Shown: positions 35,288 to 44,677 of the stretch, piece after piece
Layout of the letters: each line of letters begins with the position of its first letter
Numbering within the stretch: the stretch's first letter is position 1
Origin: Chloroflexota bacterium
GTDB taxonomy: Bacteria; Chloroflexota; Dehalococcoidia; Lucifugimonadales; UBA3495
Length of the DNA: 64,000 bases
NCBI GenBank assembly: GCA_028875055.1
Contig: JAPPGG010000031.1
Location: forward strand, 12,372-76,371
Direction of reading: 5' to 3'
Made by a program: the position numbers and the translations under genes
Notes under the pieces: generated by a model
Seen by the model: the letters and a program-made list of their open reading frames with translations, nothing else
Database searches by the model: none
Told to the model about the DNA's origin: nothing

Positions 35288-36586
35288 TTGGTAACCGCAA
35301 TTAGGCGCAGGCTGCACTATGGCTGGGTGATTTTCGCCCTTACCTTCACGAACCTGACCGTGGAGGGGGGGTCCAAGAATGTGCAGGCCGTGTTCCTGGT
35401 GGCCCTGCGGGACCACTTTCGCAGCAGCGTGGCCGTTACGGCGGCGGTGTTTTCCGCCTCGGGGCTGTTCGGCGCCTTCATGGCGCCCTTTCTGGGCGTT
35501 TTCCTGGACCGCTTCGGGCCCCGCGTCCTGTTCCCCCTTGCCGGCTGTTTGATCCTGGTGGGATGGATGGCCAGCAGCTTCGCCAGCGACATCTGGCAGC
35601 TGTTTATCTTCTACAGCGTTATCGCCACCCTGGGGCAGGTAGGCATCTCCTCCTTTTCCGCCACGGCTACCCTGTCTCCCTGGTTTCCCCGCTCCAAGGG
35701 GGTGATGCTGGGAACGGCGGACGCGGGCAATCCGACCGGCCAGGCCATTGTGGTACCGCTGGCCCAGCTGATCGTGTCAACATGGGGGTGGCAATGGGCC
35801 TACCGGGTATTCGGCGTGGCTTTCTTCCTGCTGATTGCCCTTCCGAATCTCCTGCAGAAACGTCCGCCCGCCGGGCATGGCGAGACGGATGCCGATGCCG
35901 CCGGTCCCGGGGAAGAAGCTGAGAGGCCTGCCGTAATCGGGGATGGCGGGGCAGTAGCGGAAGTCCAGTCCGGGTCTCAGATCAAGGAGACGATGAAGGA
36001 ACCGGCGGTGTGGTGCCTGTGCGCAGCCCGGGCGGTGGGGGCCATCGGCAACCAGATGACCCTGGTGCATATGCTGGCCTTCCTGTTCCTGACGGGGTAC
36101 GGCGAACTGCAGGCGGCCTTCGCCATAGGCATTGCGGGGTTGATGGGCATCGGCGCCCGGCCGGCCATCGGGCTGTTTTCAGACATTTTTGGACGGGAGG
36201 TCATCTATACCCTGGGGATGAGCCTGACCGTGGCCGGCGTGCTGATTGTCCTGTTCTTCAGTTCCGGAGGGGTATGGTGGGCCCTGGTGGCTTTTGTAGC
36301 CTTGACCGGACTGAGTGAAGGGGTGGGGGGGTTGTTGCTGGGGGCCAAGGCGGCCGACATTTATCCACCGCGAATGCTGGGCACGGTAATGGGCGTGCTG
36401 GAGGCCGGCCGTGGTATCGGAATCGGCACGGGTCCGATTCTGGCGGGTCTGCTGTTTGACCTGCAGGGCGACTACTTCGTCGCCTTCCTGATTTCCGCCG
36501 GCCTGACGGTGGTTTCAATCTTCCTGATGTGGGGAGCCGGGTTGGCCCACCGGAAAAAGCTGAGGGCCGTCGTGGAGCTGGCCTGA
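35288..36586 (+). CDS. MFS transporter
   Basis: 432 aa, about 12 TM segments with a central hydrophilic loop. The start codon is TTG and uncertain. Confidence 0.85.
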   Translation: MVTAIRRRLHYGWVIFALTFTNLTVEGGSKNVQAVFLVALRDHFRSSVAVTAAVFSASGLFGAFMAPFLGVFLDRFGPRVLFPLAGCLILVGWMASSFASDIWQLFIFYSVIATLGQVGISSFSATATLSPWFPRSKGVMLGTADAGNPTGQAIVVPLAQLIVSTWGWQWAYRVFGVAFFLLIALPNLLQKRPPAGHGETDADAAGPGEEAERPAVIGDGGAVAEVQSGSQIKETMKEPAVWCLCAARAVGAIGNQMTLVHMLAFLFLTGYGELQAAFAIGIAGLMGIGARPAIGLFSDIFGREVIYTLGMSLTVAGVLIVLFFSSGGVWWALVAFVALTGLSEGVGGLLLGAKAADIYPPRMLGTVMGVLEAGRGIGIGTGPILAGLLFDLQGDYFVAFLISAGLTVVSIFLMWGAGLAHRKKLRAVVELA

Positions 36587-36676
36587 GGGCGCACGGCCAG
36601 GCACGCAGGTCTGCCCCTGCGAAGTTCAAAACCTTCGGGGTGGGTACGGGCGGCTGTCCGATAGGGGTAAAAAGGC

Positions 36677-36702
36677 CCGGGGCGCACGATCGTGCGCCCC
36701 GG
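36677..36702. repeat. 26-nt perfect palindrome of the GGGGCGCA-arm family
   Basis: ccggggcgcacga|tcgtgcgccccgg, located between two convergent genes. Confidence 0.8.
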
Positions 36703-36783
36703 TGTATGTAAGCTTCTGCCGCGCGTTCCTGCTTGATGGAAGGGCGGCGGGCAAGGGCCGTTGGCGGCCCCGGCGCGGACGGG

Positions 36784-37341
36784 CTAGCGGCTGCCGGCCA
36801 TGACGGTGGCGCCGAGGTCGCGGATGGCCTGGGCAGTTTCCGGAGTGGGAGGCGTGCCCATTTCCACGTCCTTGGCGACATCGTAGGACCGGCGAATATC
36901 TTCCATGACCTGCTCGTCGGACTGGTCAATGTCGATGGGAATGCCGATCTGGGCCCAGGAGGTGTAGCCGGTAAGCCAGAACACCTCGGTGGGGTTGTTT
37001 TCGGGGTCTCGGAAGTAGCAGCCGATGGCGCTGGCGTGGGTGACGATGCGGTCCAGCTGGTAGCCCCGCTCGAGGATGCGGCGCTTGAAGTCGCGCAGGT
37101 CGTCCAGGGAGTCCACGCGCATGGATATCTGCTGGATCCACTGGGGATCTTCCATGGACTGGCGACCGTTGATGAGGGCGATTTCGTGGTCCACGCCCTC
37201 AGGGTCGGCGCTGAAGAAGGCGCCCAGCGGGCCGACCTTGGTAAGCTTCATGCCCATGAAGTTGCCATAGAATTCCTTCATGACTTCGAGGTCTTTGACG
37301 TAGAAACCAACGTGTCCAAGTCCATTGACTCTGGCTGACAT
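36784..37341 (-). CDS. VOC family protein (extradiol-dioxygenase/glyoxalase fold)
   Basis: LGHVGFYVKDLEVMKEFY ... HEIAL ... QQISMRV. The start is placed at ATG 37341, 6 nt after aaggag. The ORF-track start is 37434. Confidence 0.8.
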   Translation of the reverse strand: MSARVNGLGHVGFYVKDLEVMKEFYGNFMGMKLTKVGPLGAFFSADPEGVDHEIALINGRQSMEDPQWIQQISMRVDSLDDLRDFKRRILERGYQLDRIVTHASAIGCYFRDPENNPTEVFWLTGYTSWAQIGIPIDIDQSDEQVMEDIRRSYDVAKDVEMGTPPTPETAQAIRDLGATVMAGSR

Positions 37342-37561
37342 ATCCATCTCCTTGTTTACTCTCTTGGGTTGCCCAATTATGCCATTTTGCGGCTTGCTTT
37401 GTCGAGTCGGGGAAGAGGGTAACGGGGCAATCACGCCTTAGTGGTAGAGCCGGGAAGGATAGGGATATCGTGATGTAGAGGCGAGGTAGTGGAGTTATAG
37501 GGGAGGGTAACAGGAAGTGGTTGTTGGTTTGTCTTGAGGGATTGGGGGACCCGAGGATTGA

Positions 37562-38071
37562 ATGAAGCAAGAGACATTTCTAGCTGGACATCATCACGAT
37601 AGCCATTTGCGCGGTCGTTTGGGGAGCCGACACCCGGGTGTACGTGGCCACGTTCGGCAAGGGCAAGGAGGAATGGCTTCGTACTTTCCGGAGCTATCCA
37701 GCGGGATGCCGTCGCATTATACCCCTGCCTTCGCCGTGGCAGGCTCTCCAGGGATGTATTCTCCCGGTTGGACCCGGAGCGATTCCCGGAGCGATTCATG
37801 GAATGGAACCAGGGACTGGCGGAGTTGCTGCCGGGAGAGGTGGTGGCCATTGACGGCAATACGGCGCCTCGCTCCTGCGACCGCCATGGGGGCAAGCGAG
37901 CCCTGCACCTACAGAGAGGCCGAACGTCGGGTACGCAAGGACTACGGCCCGCAGAACATCTCCACCCTCCGAAATATATCCCAGGATATGCTCAAACGGG
38001 AAACCAGCCGGAAGGCGGGCATACAGGGTAAACGTCTGCAATCCGGTTGGAGGGTAGATTACTTGCAGTAG
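37562..38071 (+). pseudogene. decayed ISAs1-family transposase: at least three frame changes plus loss of the DDE core
   Basis: Pieces are spread over three frames. These are MKQETFL; LDIITIAICAVVWGAD..FGKGKEEWLRTF; PELSSGMPSH; LDPERFPERFMEWNQGLAELLPGEVVAIDGNT...GKRALHL. The sequence then jumps directly to the C-terminal end, RKDYGPQNISTLRNISQDMLKRETSRKAGIQGKRLQSGWRVDYL. Confidence 0.8.
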
Positions 38072-38099
38072 GTCCTCCGCAGTTAAGACGCGATTGCCC
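37562..38099 (+). mobile_element. IS remnant (right end intact, left end and core lost)
   Basis: The element ends at ...agacgcgattgccc (38090-38099). This is the same terminal motif as the MITE copies. Confidence 0.6.
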
Positions 38100-38306
38100 T
38101 GGGGGCTATGTCCGTGGCGTTGGTATCCGGCGCCAGGGCTCGCCGGCGCTGCATTCATCAGCCGGACTTCCTCCCCTACAATGGCCGATAATTCGCCTTT
38201 CCATCAACAGAAATCCCGCCCGTCCCGGAATTTGTCGAGGGGTCCCCCAACAAAGCCGAAACGGGCGGAACAATGCTTGACTTAAGTTGTTGGCAGCGGT
38301 CGGGAC

Positions 38307-40637
38307 TTACCGGGTTCTGCCGCCGCTGTTGCCCAGGAAGCGCCGGTCGGAGATACTGCCACCTCCACCGCCACTGCCGCCCCGGTTGCCACCGCCCCGG
38401 GGCCCGCCGCCGCCGCGATTTCCGCCGCCGCCCTGGCCTCCCCTGGGGCCGCCGCCCCGGTTGCCACCACCGCCGCCACCGCCGCGGTTGCCGAAGCCGC
38501 CACGGGGTCGGTCACCGCCCCGGTCCTGGGGCGGGCGGGATGGACGCGGGGGCCGTTCACCGCCGTCGTCGCCGAACAAGGCGCGGCGGGAAACATTGAC
38601 CCGGCCCATGGAGTCAATCTCCTGGACCATTACCGTAAGTTCCTGGCCGACCTTGAGTTCCTCTTCCATGTCGCCCAGGTCCTCGTTGCGTACCAGGCCA
38701 TCCTTGCCGGGGATCAGCTCCACGAAGGCGCCGAAACTGGCCAGGCGGTTTACCTTGCCGGTGAGAATGTCACCCACCACCAGTTCCCGGGTCAGACCTT
38801 CAATTCTGCTGCGGGCCAGTTCCAGGGAGGTCTGGTCTGAGGAGCTGATGGTCACGCCACCGTCGTCGGCCACGTCAATGGAAGCGCCGGACTCCTCGAT
38901 GATGCCGCGAATTACCCGGCCGCCTGGGCCGATGACCGCGCCGATCTTCTCCACTGGAATTTGGACCCGGATGGTCTTGGGAGCGTAGGGGCTCATCTCG
39001 GTACGGGCCTCGGTGATGGCCTCGGACATCTTGTCCAGGATGTGCAGCCGGCCCAGGCGGGCCTGCTCCAGCGCCTGCCGGAGGATGTCCTCGTCCAGCC
39101 CCTTCAGCTTGATGTCCATCTGCAGGGCGTTGATGCCGGCGGCCGTACCGGCCACCTTGAAGTCCATGTCGCCCAGGAAGTCCTCAATACCCTGTATATC
39201 GCTGAGGACGGCATAGCGGCCATCGTTGTCGGTTACCAGGCCCATGGCGATGCCGGCCACCGGGCTCTTCATGGGCACACCGGCGTCCATCAGGGCCATG
39301 CTGGTGCCGCAGACGCTGCCCATGGAAGTGCTGCCGTTGGAACTGAGCACCTCGGAAACCACGCGGATAGTGTAGGGAAACTCGTTCTCGGAGGGCAGAG
39401 AGGACAGGATTGCCCGCTCCGCCAGCGCGCCGTGGCCGATTTCCCGCCGGCCCGGGGAACCCACCCGACGGGCCTCGCCCACCGAGTAGGGCGGGAAGTT
39501 GTAGTGGTGCATGAACTGCTTGGTATCGTCGGGAGACAGGGTGTCCAGGGTCTGCTTCATGTTCAGGGGCCCCAGGGTGGCTGCCGACAGCACCTGGGTC
39601 TGGCCCCGGGTAAAGAGTCCCGAACCGTGGGTGCGGGGCAATACGCCTACCTCGCAGGAAATGGGCCGGATTTCCGACAGGCTGCGGCCGTCGGGCCGTA
39701 CGCCCAGGTCCAGGATGCGGCGGCGTACTTCGCCCTTGACCACGTTCTTGAACCCTTCGGCCACCTTGTTCTTGCCGAATTCCTCGGTCAGCTGTTCGGC
39801 GACCTCTTCTTCAATACGGTCCAGACCCTCGTCCCGTTCCGCCTTGAAGGAGTTCTGCTCCAGGATTTCGGTCACGCGGCCGTTGACGATGGCCTTGATC
39901 TGGGCGTCCAGACTCTCTTCTGCCTCGGTGTCCTCTGAAACTTCGTGCTTGGGCTGGCCGACCTTGCTCACCAGCTCGTCTATCAGGTCAATGGTGATCA
40001 GGTTGGCCTGGAAAGCCTTCTGGATGCCCTCGAGGATGACCTCTTCGGATACCTCGTAGGAACCCGCCTCCACCATCATAATGGCATCGCGGGTGCTGGC
40101 CACTACCATGTTCAACTGGCCCTCGGCAATTTCGGCGTAGGTGGGGTTCACAATGAACCCGCCGTCGTTGTAGGAAACGCGGCAGGCGCCGATGGGACCG
40201 GCGAAGGGCAGGTGGGAAATGGACAGGGCCGTCGAGGCGCCGATCATGCCCAGGATTTCCGGGGGATTCTTCTGGTCGGCGGAGAGGACGGTGAGGATAA
40301 CCTGGACCTCGTTGTGCAGTCCCTTGGGGAAGAGGGGGCGTATGGAGCGGTCGGTGAGACGGGCGGAGAGAATGGCTTCCTGGCCGGGACGTCCTTCCCG
40401 CCGGAAGAAGCTGCCCGGAATCTTGCCCGCGGAGTATAGCCGCTCTTCAAACTCCACCGTCAGGGGCAGGAAATCAATGTCGGCCCGGGGCTTGTCGGCC
40501 ATCACGGCGGTGGCCAGAACCACCGTGTCGCCGTAGGTGAGGACGGCCGAACCATGGGCCTGAAAGGCCAGTTTGCCCGACTCGATCACCAGTTTCTCGT
40601 TGCCGATAACTCGTTCTACTACTGTAGCTTCAGGCAT
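38307..40637 (-). CDS. pnp: polyribonucleotide nucleotidyltransferase (PNPase) with an 89-aa Arg/Gly-rich C-terminal tail
   Basis: 776 aa. Two RNase PH domains, then KH ([15 protein letters not shown]), then S1 ([20 protein letters not shown]), then (N)RGGGG repeats. Confidence 0.97.
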   Translation of the reverse strand: MPEATVVERVIGNEKLVIESGKLAFQAHGSAVLTYGDTVVLATAVMADKPRADIDFLPLTVEFEERLYSAGKIPGSFFRREGRPGQEAILSARLTDRSIRPLFPKGLHNEVQVILTVLSADQKNPPEILGMIGASTALSISHLPFAGPIGACRVSYNDGGFIVNPTYAEIAEGQLNMVVASTRDAIMMVEAGSYEVSEEVILEGIQKAFQANLITIDLIDELVSKVGQPKHEVSEDTEAEESLDAQIKAIVNGRVTEILEQNSFKAERDEGLDRIEEEVAEQLTEEFGKNKVAEGFKNVVKGEVRRRILDLGVRPDGRSLSEIRPISCEVGVLPRTHGSGLFTRGQTQVLSAATLGPLNMKQTLDTLSPDDTKQFMHHYNFPPYSVGEARRVGSPGRREIGHGALAERAILSSLPSENEFPYTIRVVSEVLSSNGSTSMGSVCGTSMALMDAGVPMKSPVAGIAMGLVTDNDGRYAVLSDIQGIEDFLGDMDFKVAGTAAGINALQMDIKLKGLDEDILRQALEQARLGRLHILDKMSEAITEARTEMSPYAPKTIRVQIPVEKIGAVIGPGGRVIRGIIEESGASIDVADDGGVTISSSDQTSLELARSRIEGLTRELVVGDILTGKVNRLASFGAFVELIPGKDGLVRNEDLGDMEEELKVGQELTVMVQEIDSMGRVNVSRRALFGDDGGERPPRPSRPPQDRGGDRPRGGFGNRGGGGGGGNRGGGPRGGQGGGGNRGGGGPRGGGNRGGSGGGGGSISDRRFLGNSGGRTR

Positions 40638-40783
40638 GGGGATATTACATAACCTCGCACATTAAAGATAAATGGAGAGGAGACAAACGCGAAGCTAGCA
40701 CGTTGAGCAGACGGGCGGCTATTACCGGGGCAAGAAGACGGCGCGTGGAAATCTGGCCGTGCGCCAGGCCGGCGTCATCGGGA

Positions 40784-41050
40784 CTATCGGCGCAGTCCCA
40801 GCCGACTTATCAGGGTTTGATAGCGGTTAACGTCTTCGTTACTGAGGTAATTGAGTAGCCTGCGGCGCTTTGACACCATGCTGACCAGGCCACGGCGGGA
40901 GTGGAAGTCTTTCTTGTGGCTGCGGAGGTGGTCGGTAACCTGCCGAATCCGCTCGGTCAGGATGGCGACCTGAAGCTCGGTGGACCCGGTATCGTTGGGG
41001 TGGGTCCGGTATTCCCGCGTTATTCGTTCCCGTACGTCAGCATCCAGCAT
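40784..41050 (-). CDS. rpsO: 30S ribosomal protein S15
   Basis: 88 aa. [28 protein letters not shown] is the canonical S15 sequence. Confidence 0.97.
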   Translation of the reverse strand: MLDADVRERITREYRTHPNDTGSTELQVAILTERIRQVTDHLRSHKKDFHSRRGLVSMVSKRRRLLNYLSNEDVNRYQTLISRLGLRR

Positions 41051-41164
41051 TACAAATGCAGTACCTTCTATCTCATCTTCTCTAACACCGAGAGATTATA
41101 GCACGGGGCGGATTGGGGGCGCAAATGGAGGAAATTCCGCTACCAGGGCAACGCGTCTTAACTG

Positions 41165-41271
41165 ATTGTCACTCTGAGCCCTTCGGCCTGGCTCAGGGAC
41201 CATGACCTTTGTTGAAAGTATCACCTTCCATTTAAGGCGCGATTGCCATGGCCTCGCTTCATGGCTATCGC
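41165..41271 (+). repeat. partial (3'-half) MITE-related copy ending in a TIR-TIR mini-palindrome
   Basis: gtcactctgagcccttcggcctggctcagggaccatgac... aligns with the 3' half of the MITE. 41239-41271 (gcgattgccatg...catggctatcgc) forms a 12-bp stem with one mismatch. Confidence 0.55.
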
Positions 41272-41739
41272 ACTTAGACCTCTACTTGTGCTGCCTCCCG
41301 TGCAGTTCGGGGCGGCTGTCAATCGCCCCTTCCCGTGCTGCGAAACCTCCGCCTACCATGGAGTGAACAAACCAGACCTGAGAAATACTCCGCCAGGCGT
41401 GGTACACCAATATTGCTCGGGCCAGAGTCTTTTGTGATGACCGCAATAGAGACCTGGAGTTGGAGTTCTTCTGGCCTTCTGGAAGAAACGCTCAAATACA
41501 GAATGAGGTCAAGTGAGATGAACCTGCGGCAAGAACCGTTTTTCTCCGCGCAGCTACTATTGAAACAATGGTGCGCTAACGTAGTCCTTGCATCCGTTCG
41601 GCTGCTTGTGGGCGCTATAGCCATTGCCGGAGCCGGCACGGGACCTGTCCTTCGTCAAGATAAGGCACTGACAAGTCGCACTCGACATCTTGGGATATTG
41701 GGGGGTAGCATACGGATAGCTTAACCGAGGGTAGCCGTT

Positions 41740-42405
41740 TTGGTTGAACTTTTTCAGTCCCCCGAGGTCAAATACTCTCCCATTAGCAGCGTATGGGAGG
41801 GTAGCGACGGTGAACTGATTGAATCGATGTTGCAGTTCTACGCATCCATCGATCCAGAGCCAATTCTTGATGCTACGTTTAACCGGGGCAGGTTCTGGAA
41901 GGGGTCGTCACGACATGTTATATCAATGGATATCGACCCCAAATATGCCCCGATGATTGTTGGGGACAATCGGGAAATGGTTGGTGTCCCGGACTCCCAA
42001 TTCGGCACTGTGGTTTACGACCCACCCCACGTTGGACCCCAGGGTCGAGACAAGAGCTCCAAAAAGTTTGACGAGGATTTTGGGGCCACTGTTCCCTGTG
42101 GAAAGGATGAAGACTGGACCCTTAGCTATCTTTATCCTCCGTTCCTGGCTCAAGCGAGAAGGGTGCTTAGGCCCCATGGCCTGCTTTTGGCAAAGATTAC
42201 GGATATGGTGAACAGCCATCGCTCCAAGTGGAGTCATTGCGACTTCATGCGAATGGCTGATGAAGCGGGATTTACTGTTTGCGACCTTATCGTCAAGGTC
42301 CGAACCGGCCCAATGACCTCAAATAAATGGAAGACCGCCCACCACGCCAGGAAACGACATTGCTTCTGGATAGTATGTCGTAACGGCGCCAGTTGCGAGA
42401 GATAG
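41740..42405 (+). CDS. putative SAM-dependent DNA methyltransferase (DPPH motif IV), tentative
   Basis: 221 aa. Motif order I to IV: ILDATFNRGRFW (I-like), VISMDID (II), VVYDPPH (IV), ARRVLRPHGLLL. It is 3 nt upstream of a GIY-YIG nuclease gene and sits in an AT-richer region. The start is TTG. Confidence 0.6.
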   Translation: MVELFQSPEVKYSPISSVWEGSDGELIESMLQFYASIDPEPILDATFNRGRFWKGSSRHVISMDIDPKYAPMIVGDNREMVGVPDSQFGTVVYDPPHVGPQGRDKSSKKFDEDFGATVPCGKDEDWTLSYLYPPFLAQARRVLRPHGLLLAKITDMVNSHRSKWSHCDFMRMADEAGFTVCDLIVKVRTGPMTSNKWKTAHHARKRHCFWIVCRNGASCER

Positions 42406-42408
42406 TCT

Positions 42409-43002
42409 TTGCGAAATTATAACCCGCTCAGCGTGGATGAACTGGGCCGCAGCGCTGCAAGGGCTTTGATGGAGTACCCCGCCGAGGTTTTGCCACCGGA
42501 AAACTCCTTCAATGGGGCGGGAGTGTACACGTTGCATTACCGGGGTATTTTTCCACTATATTCGGATATCGCTGAAGATTCACCAATTTACGTTGGGAAG
42601 GCAGACCCGGCAGGCCGTAGACAAGGCCGAGGCCGCGGCGCTATGACAACAACTACTTTATACCGGCGCCTGCAGCAGCATGCTGATTCAATCTCGGCAG
42701 CGGACAATTTGGATTTGCAAGATTTTCGTTGCCGGTGGCTCGTGCTTGACCCTGTATGGATTGGGCTGACCGAGCAGACTCTAATTGCTGAATATCATCC
42801 GCTGTGGAACATCGTGGTGGACGGGTTCGGTAACCACGACCCAGGCAGTGGCCGGCGGAACCAGAGGCGCTCACAATGGGATACGCTGCATCCCGGCCGC
42901 GAATGGGCATCGATCCTGCAAGACCGCGAAGAGACTGTGGAAACAATCACGTCAGCAATCGAAACATTCTTGTCGAATCGGGGGAGGAGGCTAAATCCCT
43001 AG
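42409..43002 (+). CDS. GIY-YIG restriction endonuclease, Eco29kI-like (tentative)
   Basis: 197 aa. GVYTLHY...PIYVGKA (GIY-YIG), RRLQQH (R-x3-H), LTEQTLIAEYHPLWN, DGFGNHDPGSGRR, WDTLHPGREWA. This pattern is as I recall it for the Eco29kI family. Confidence 0.6.
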   Translation: MRNYNPLSVDELGRSAARALMEYPAEVLPPENSFNGAGVYTLHYRGIFPLYSDIAEDSPIYVGKADPAGRRQGRGRGAMTTTTLYRRLQQHADSISAADNLDLQDFRCRWLVLDPVWIGLTEQTLIAEYHPLWNIVVDGFGNHDPGSGRRNQRRSQWDTLHPGREWASILQDREETVETITSAIETFLSNRGRRLNP

Positions 43003-43206
43003 TTCCAAAAACGTGCAAGTTGCTGGAACGTCATTGTTGGCCTGTATCGCCCCGTTCATCGAAACCCGCTCTCTGGCAAATGCAGTGGCAATTAACCCCC
43101 AGTTTCCCCCACCCCTACTCTTCTATATAATGACCCCCGAAATGCCAGGCCCGGCAACTTGGCCGGGCGTAATTGTTGCCGTTCTTACGCAACGCAAGGA
43201 GGAGTT

Positions 43207-43536
43207 ATGCCCGACGATTTCGTTAAGGTTGCCGCGGTCAGCGAGGTGTCCCCCGGGGATATGAAGGTGGTGGACGTGGGCGACGACCAGATTCTCCTGG
43301 TCAACGTGGACGGGGAGGTCCACGCCTGCGACGACATCTGCTCCCACGCCTATGCTTCCCTGTCCGAGGGCGACCTGGACGGCGCGGAGGTCCAGTGCCC
43401 CCTCCACGGCGCCATCTTCAACGTCAGGACCGGAAAGGTCCTCACCCCGCCGGCGGTGGAACCTCTCCGCACCTTTGAGGTTCGCGTGGACGGAGACGAT
43501 ATCCTCATCGGCCCTGCCAGGGAAGGCGAGGAGTAG
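43207..43536 (+). CDS. Rieske [2Fe-2S] ferredoxin-type protein
   Basis: 109 aa. CSH (ACDDICSHAY) and CPLHG motifs. ATG 43207 follows aaggagg; the ORF-track start is 43159. Confidence 0.85.
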   Translation: MPDDFVKVAAVSEVSPGDMKVVDVGDDQILLVNVDGEVHACDDICSHAYASLSEGDLDGAEVQCPLHGAIFNVRTGKVLTPPAVEPLRTFEVRVDGDDILIGPAREGEE

Positions 43537-43799
43537 CGCCGGTCTCGGTCCGCAAGGCCCTTCCCCCATCATGGAAGAAGGTCAGGCTGGAGATGGCAGC
43601 GCGCGGCTTGAAGCTGTTCTCCCGCCCGAATTTATGACCGTCTTCATTGCGGCGGGATTCGGTCGAACTGTTCAGACACTGGCCAAAGCAATCTATCCAC
43701 GCAGGGATCCCGGCTGCATCAGTTCCGCCTGACGGTTCCCTTCGTGGATAACTTTTGCCCTGGAGGGAGGTATCGCCCCGCGCCGATGTCGGAACGAGT

Positions 43800-44375
43800 C
43801 TAGCGGGGGGTGCCGAACTCGGGGAAGGGCCAATATATCAGCCACACCTTCCCCACCACGTTTTCCTCCGGCACGCCTCCCCAGTTGCGGGAGTCGTTGC
43901 TGTGCGACCGGTTGTCCCCCATGACGAAGTACTCTCCCGCTCTCATCCGGCGCGCGGGCATAGTGTCGGTGAAGGGGGATTTGAGGTAGGGCTCCAGGTG
44001 GACCACATCGTTGACCAGGACCGTGCCGTCAACGATCTCCACCTTGTCCCCCGGCAGGCCGATAACTCTCTTCACGAAGTCCCGACGCGGCTCTCCGGGA
44101 AAATGAAACACTATGATCTCTCCCAGCCTGGGCGGCCGGAAGGGGCGGCTGACGTCCGACTTGTCCACGTCCCAGAAGGGTATAACGCGTGAGAAGCGCT
44201 CCACGTCGAACTTGAAATAGACCAGCTTGTTGACCAGCAGGTACTGCTGCCCTTCCAGGGTAGGGGCCATGCTGGAGCCTTCTACCCGAAAGTTCTGGGC
44301 GCTGGCCTGGATGAGGATAAACACCACAACAGCCAGGGCCAAAGCTTCCAGAATTTCCCGCGTTACCGCCGACAT
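43800..44375 (-). CDS. lepB: signal peptidase I
   Basis: 191 aa. N-terminal TM segment, GSSMAPTL, RVIGLPGD, GDNRSHSNDSR. Confidence 0.9.
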   Translation of the reverse strand: MSAVTREILEALALAVVVFILIQASAQNFRVEGSSMAPTLEGQQYLLVNKLVYFKFDVERFSRVIPFWDVDKSDVSRPFRPPRLGEIIVFHFPGEPRRDFVKRVIGLPGDKVEIVDGTVLVNDVVHLEPYLKSPFTDTMPARRMRAGEYFVMGDNRSHSNDSRNWGGVPEENVVGKVWLIYWPFPEFGTPR

Positions 44376-44626
44376 GGTTTCTGTTCGCCCGTGTCCTTGG
44401 ATACTCTAATCCCCACCAGCCCGCCCCCCGGAAACGTCCGTTTAATTTAGACCACCGGAATAGCAATATCAATAGCCGCCGTGTCAGCAAAGCTCTTGTC
44501 TGCCAGCCCGTCGCGGGAGGGTGGCCGCGGGACCTGCAGAAGCGGTTCGCCAACCGCCCCCTCGCATCCCTCTCGCGCCATCCAGGTGGACATACCCGCG
44601 CGTTGGTGGCTAAACTGCTAATCCAT

Positions 44627-44665
44627 CAGCCAGTTAAAGCAGCCAGTTAAGGCAGCCAGTTAAGG
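44627..44665 (+). repeat. 13-bp tandem repeat x3 (cagccagttaaRg) forming the 5'UTR/RBS of the downstream gene
   Basis: Copies are 44627-44639 cagccagttaaag, 44640-44652 cagccagttaagg and 44653-44665 cagccagttaagg. The last copy runs into ...aggagg, 9 nt before ATG 44678. Confidence 0.95.
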
Positions 44666-44677
44666 AGGCACGACAGA

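Noticed and set aside
38273-38620. Highly repetitive G/C-rich DNA (ggc/cgg periodicity) that superficially resembles a repeat array. It produces Pro-rich and Ala-rich ORFs on both strands.
   Set aside because: It is the coding sequence of the RGG tail of PNPase, in frame with the S1 domain. There is no repeat-spacer organisation, so it is not CRISPR.
40638-40783. rpsO-pnp intergenic hairpin (ctggc…gccag) as an autoregulatory RNase III site or rpsO terminator.
   Set aside because: Only a 5-bp stem can be drawn with confidence, which is not enough to call a feature. It is mentioned only as the expected location of such a leader.
41335-41724. 129-codon ORF upstream of the methyltransferase, considered as a possible controller (C) protein or small membrane protein.
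   Set aside because: It has no HTH motif, its start is unclear, and part of it overlaps MITE-derived sequence. Coding status cannot be supported.
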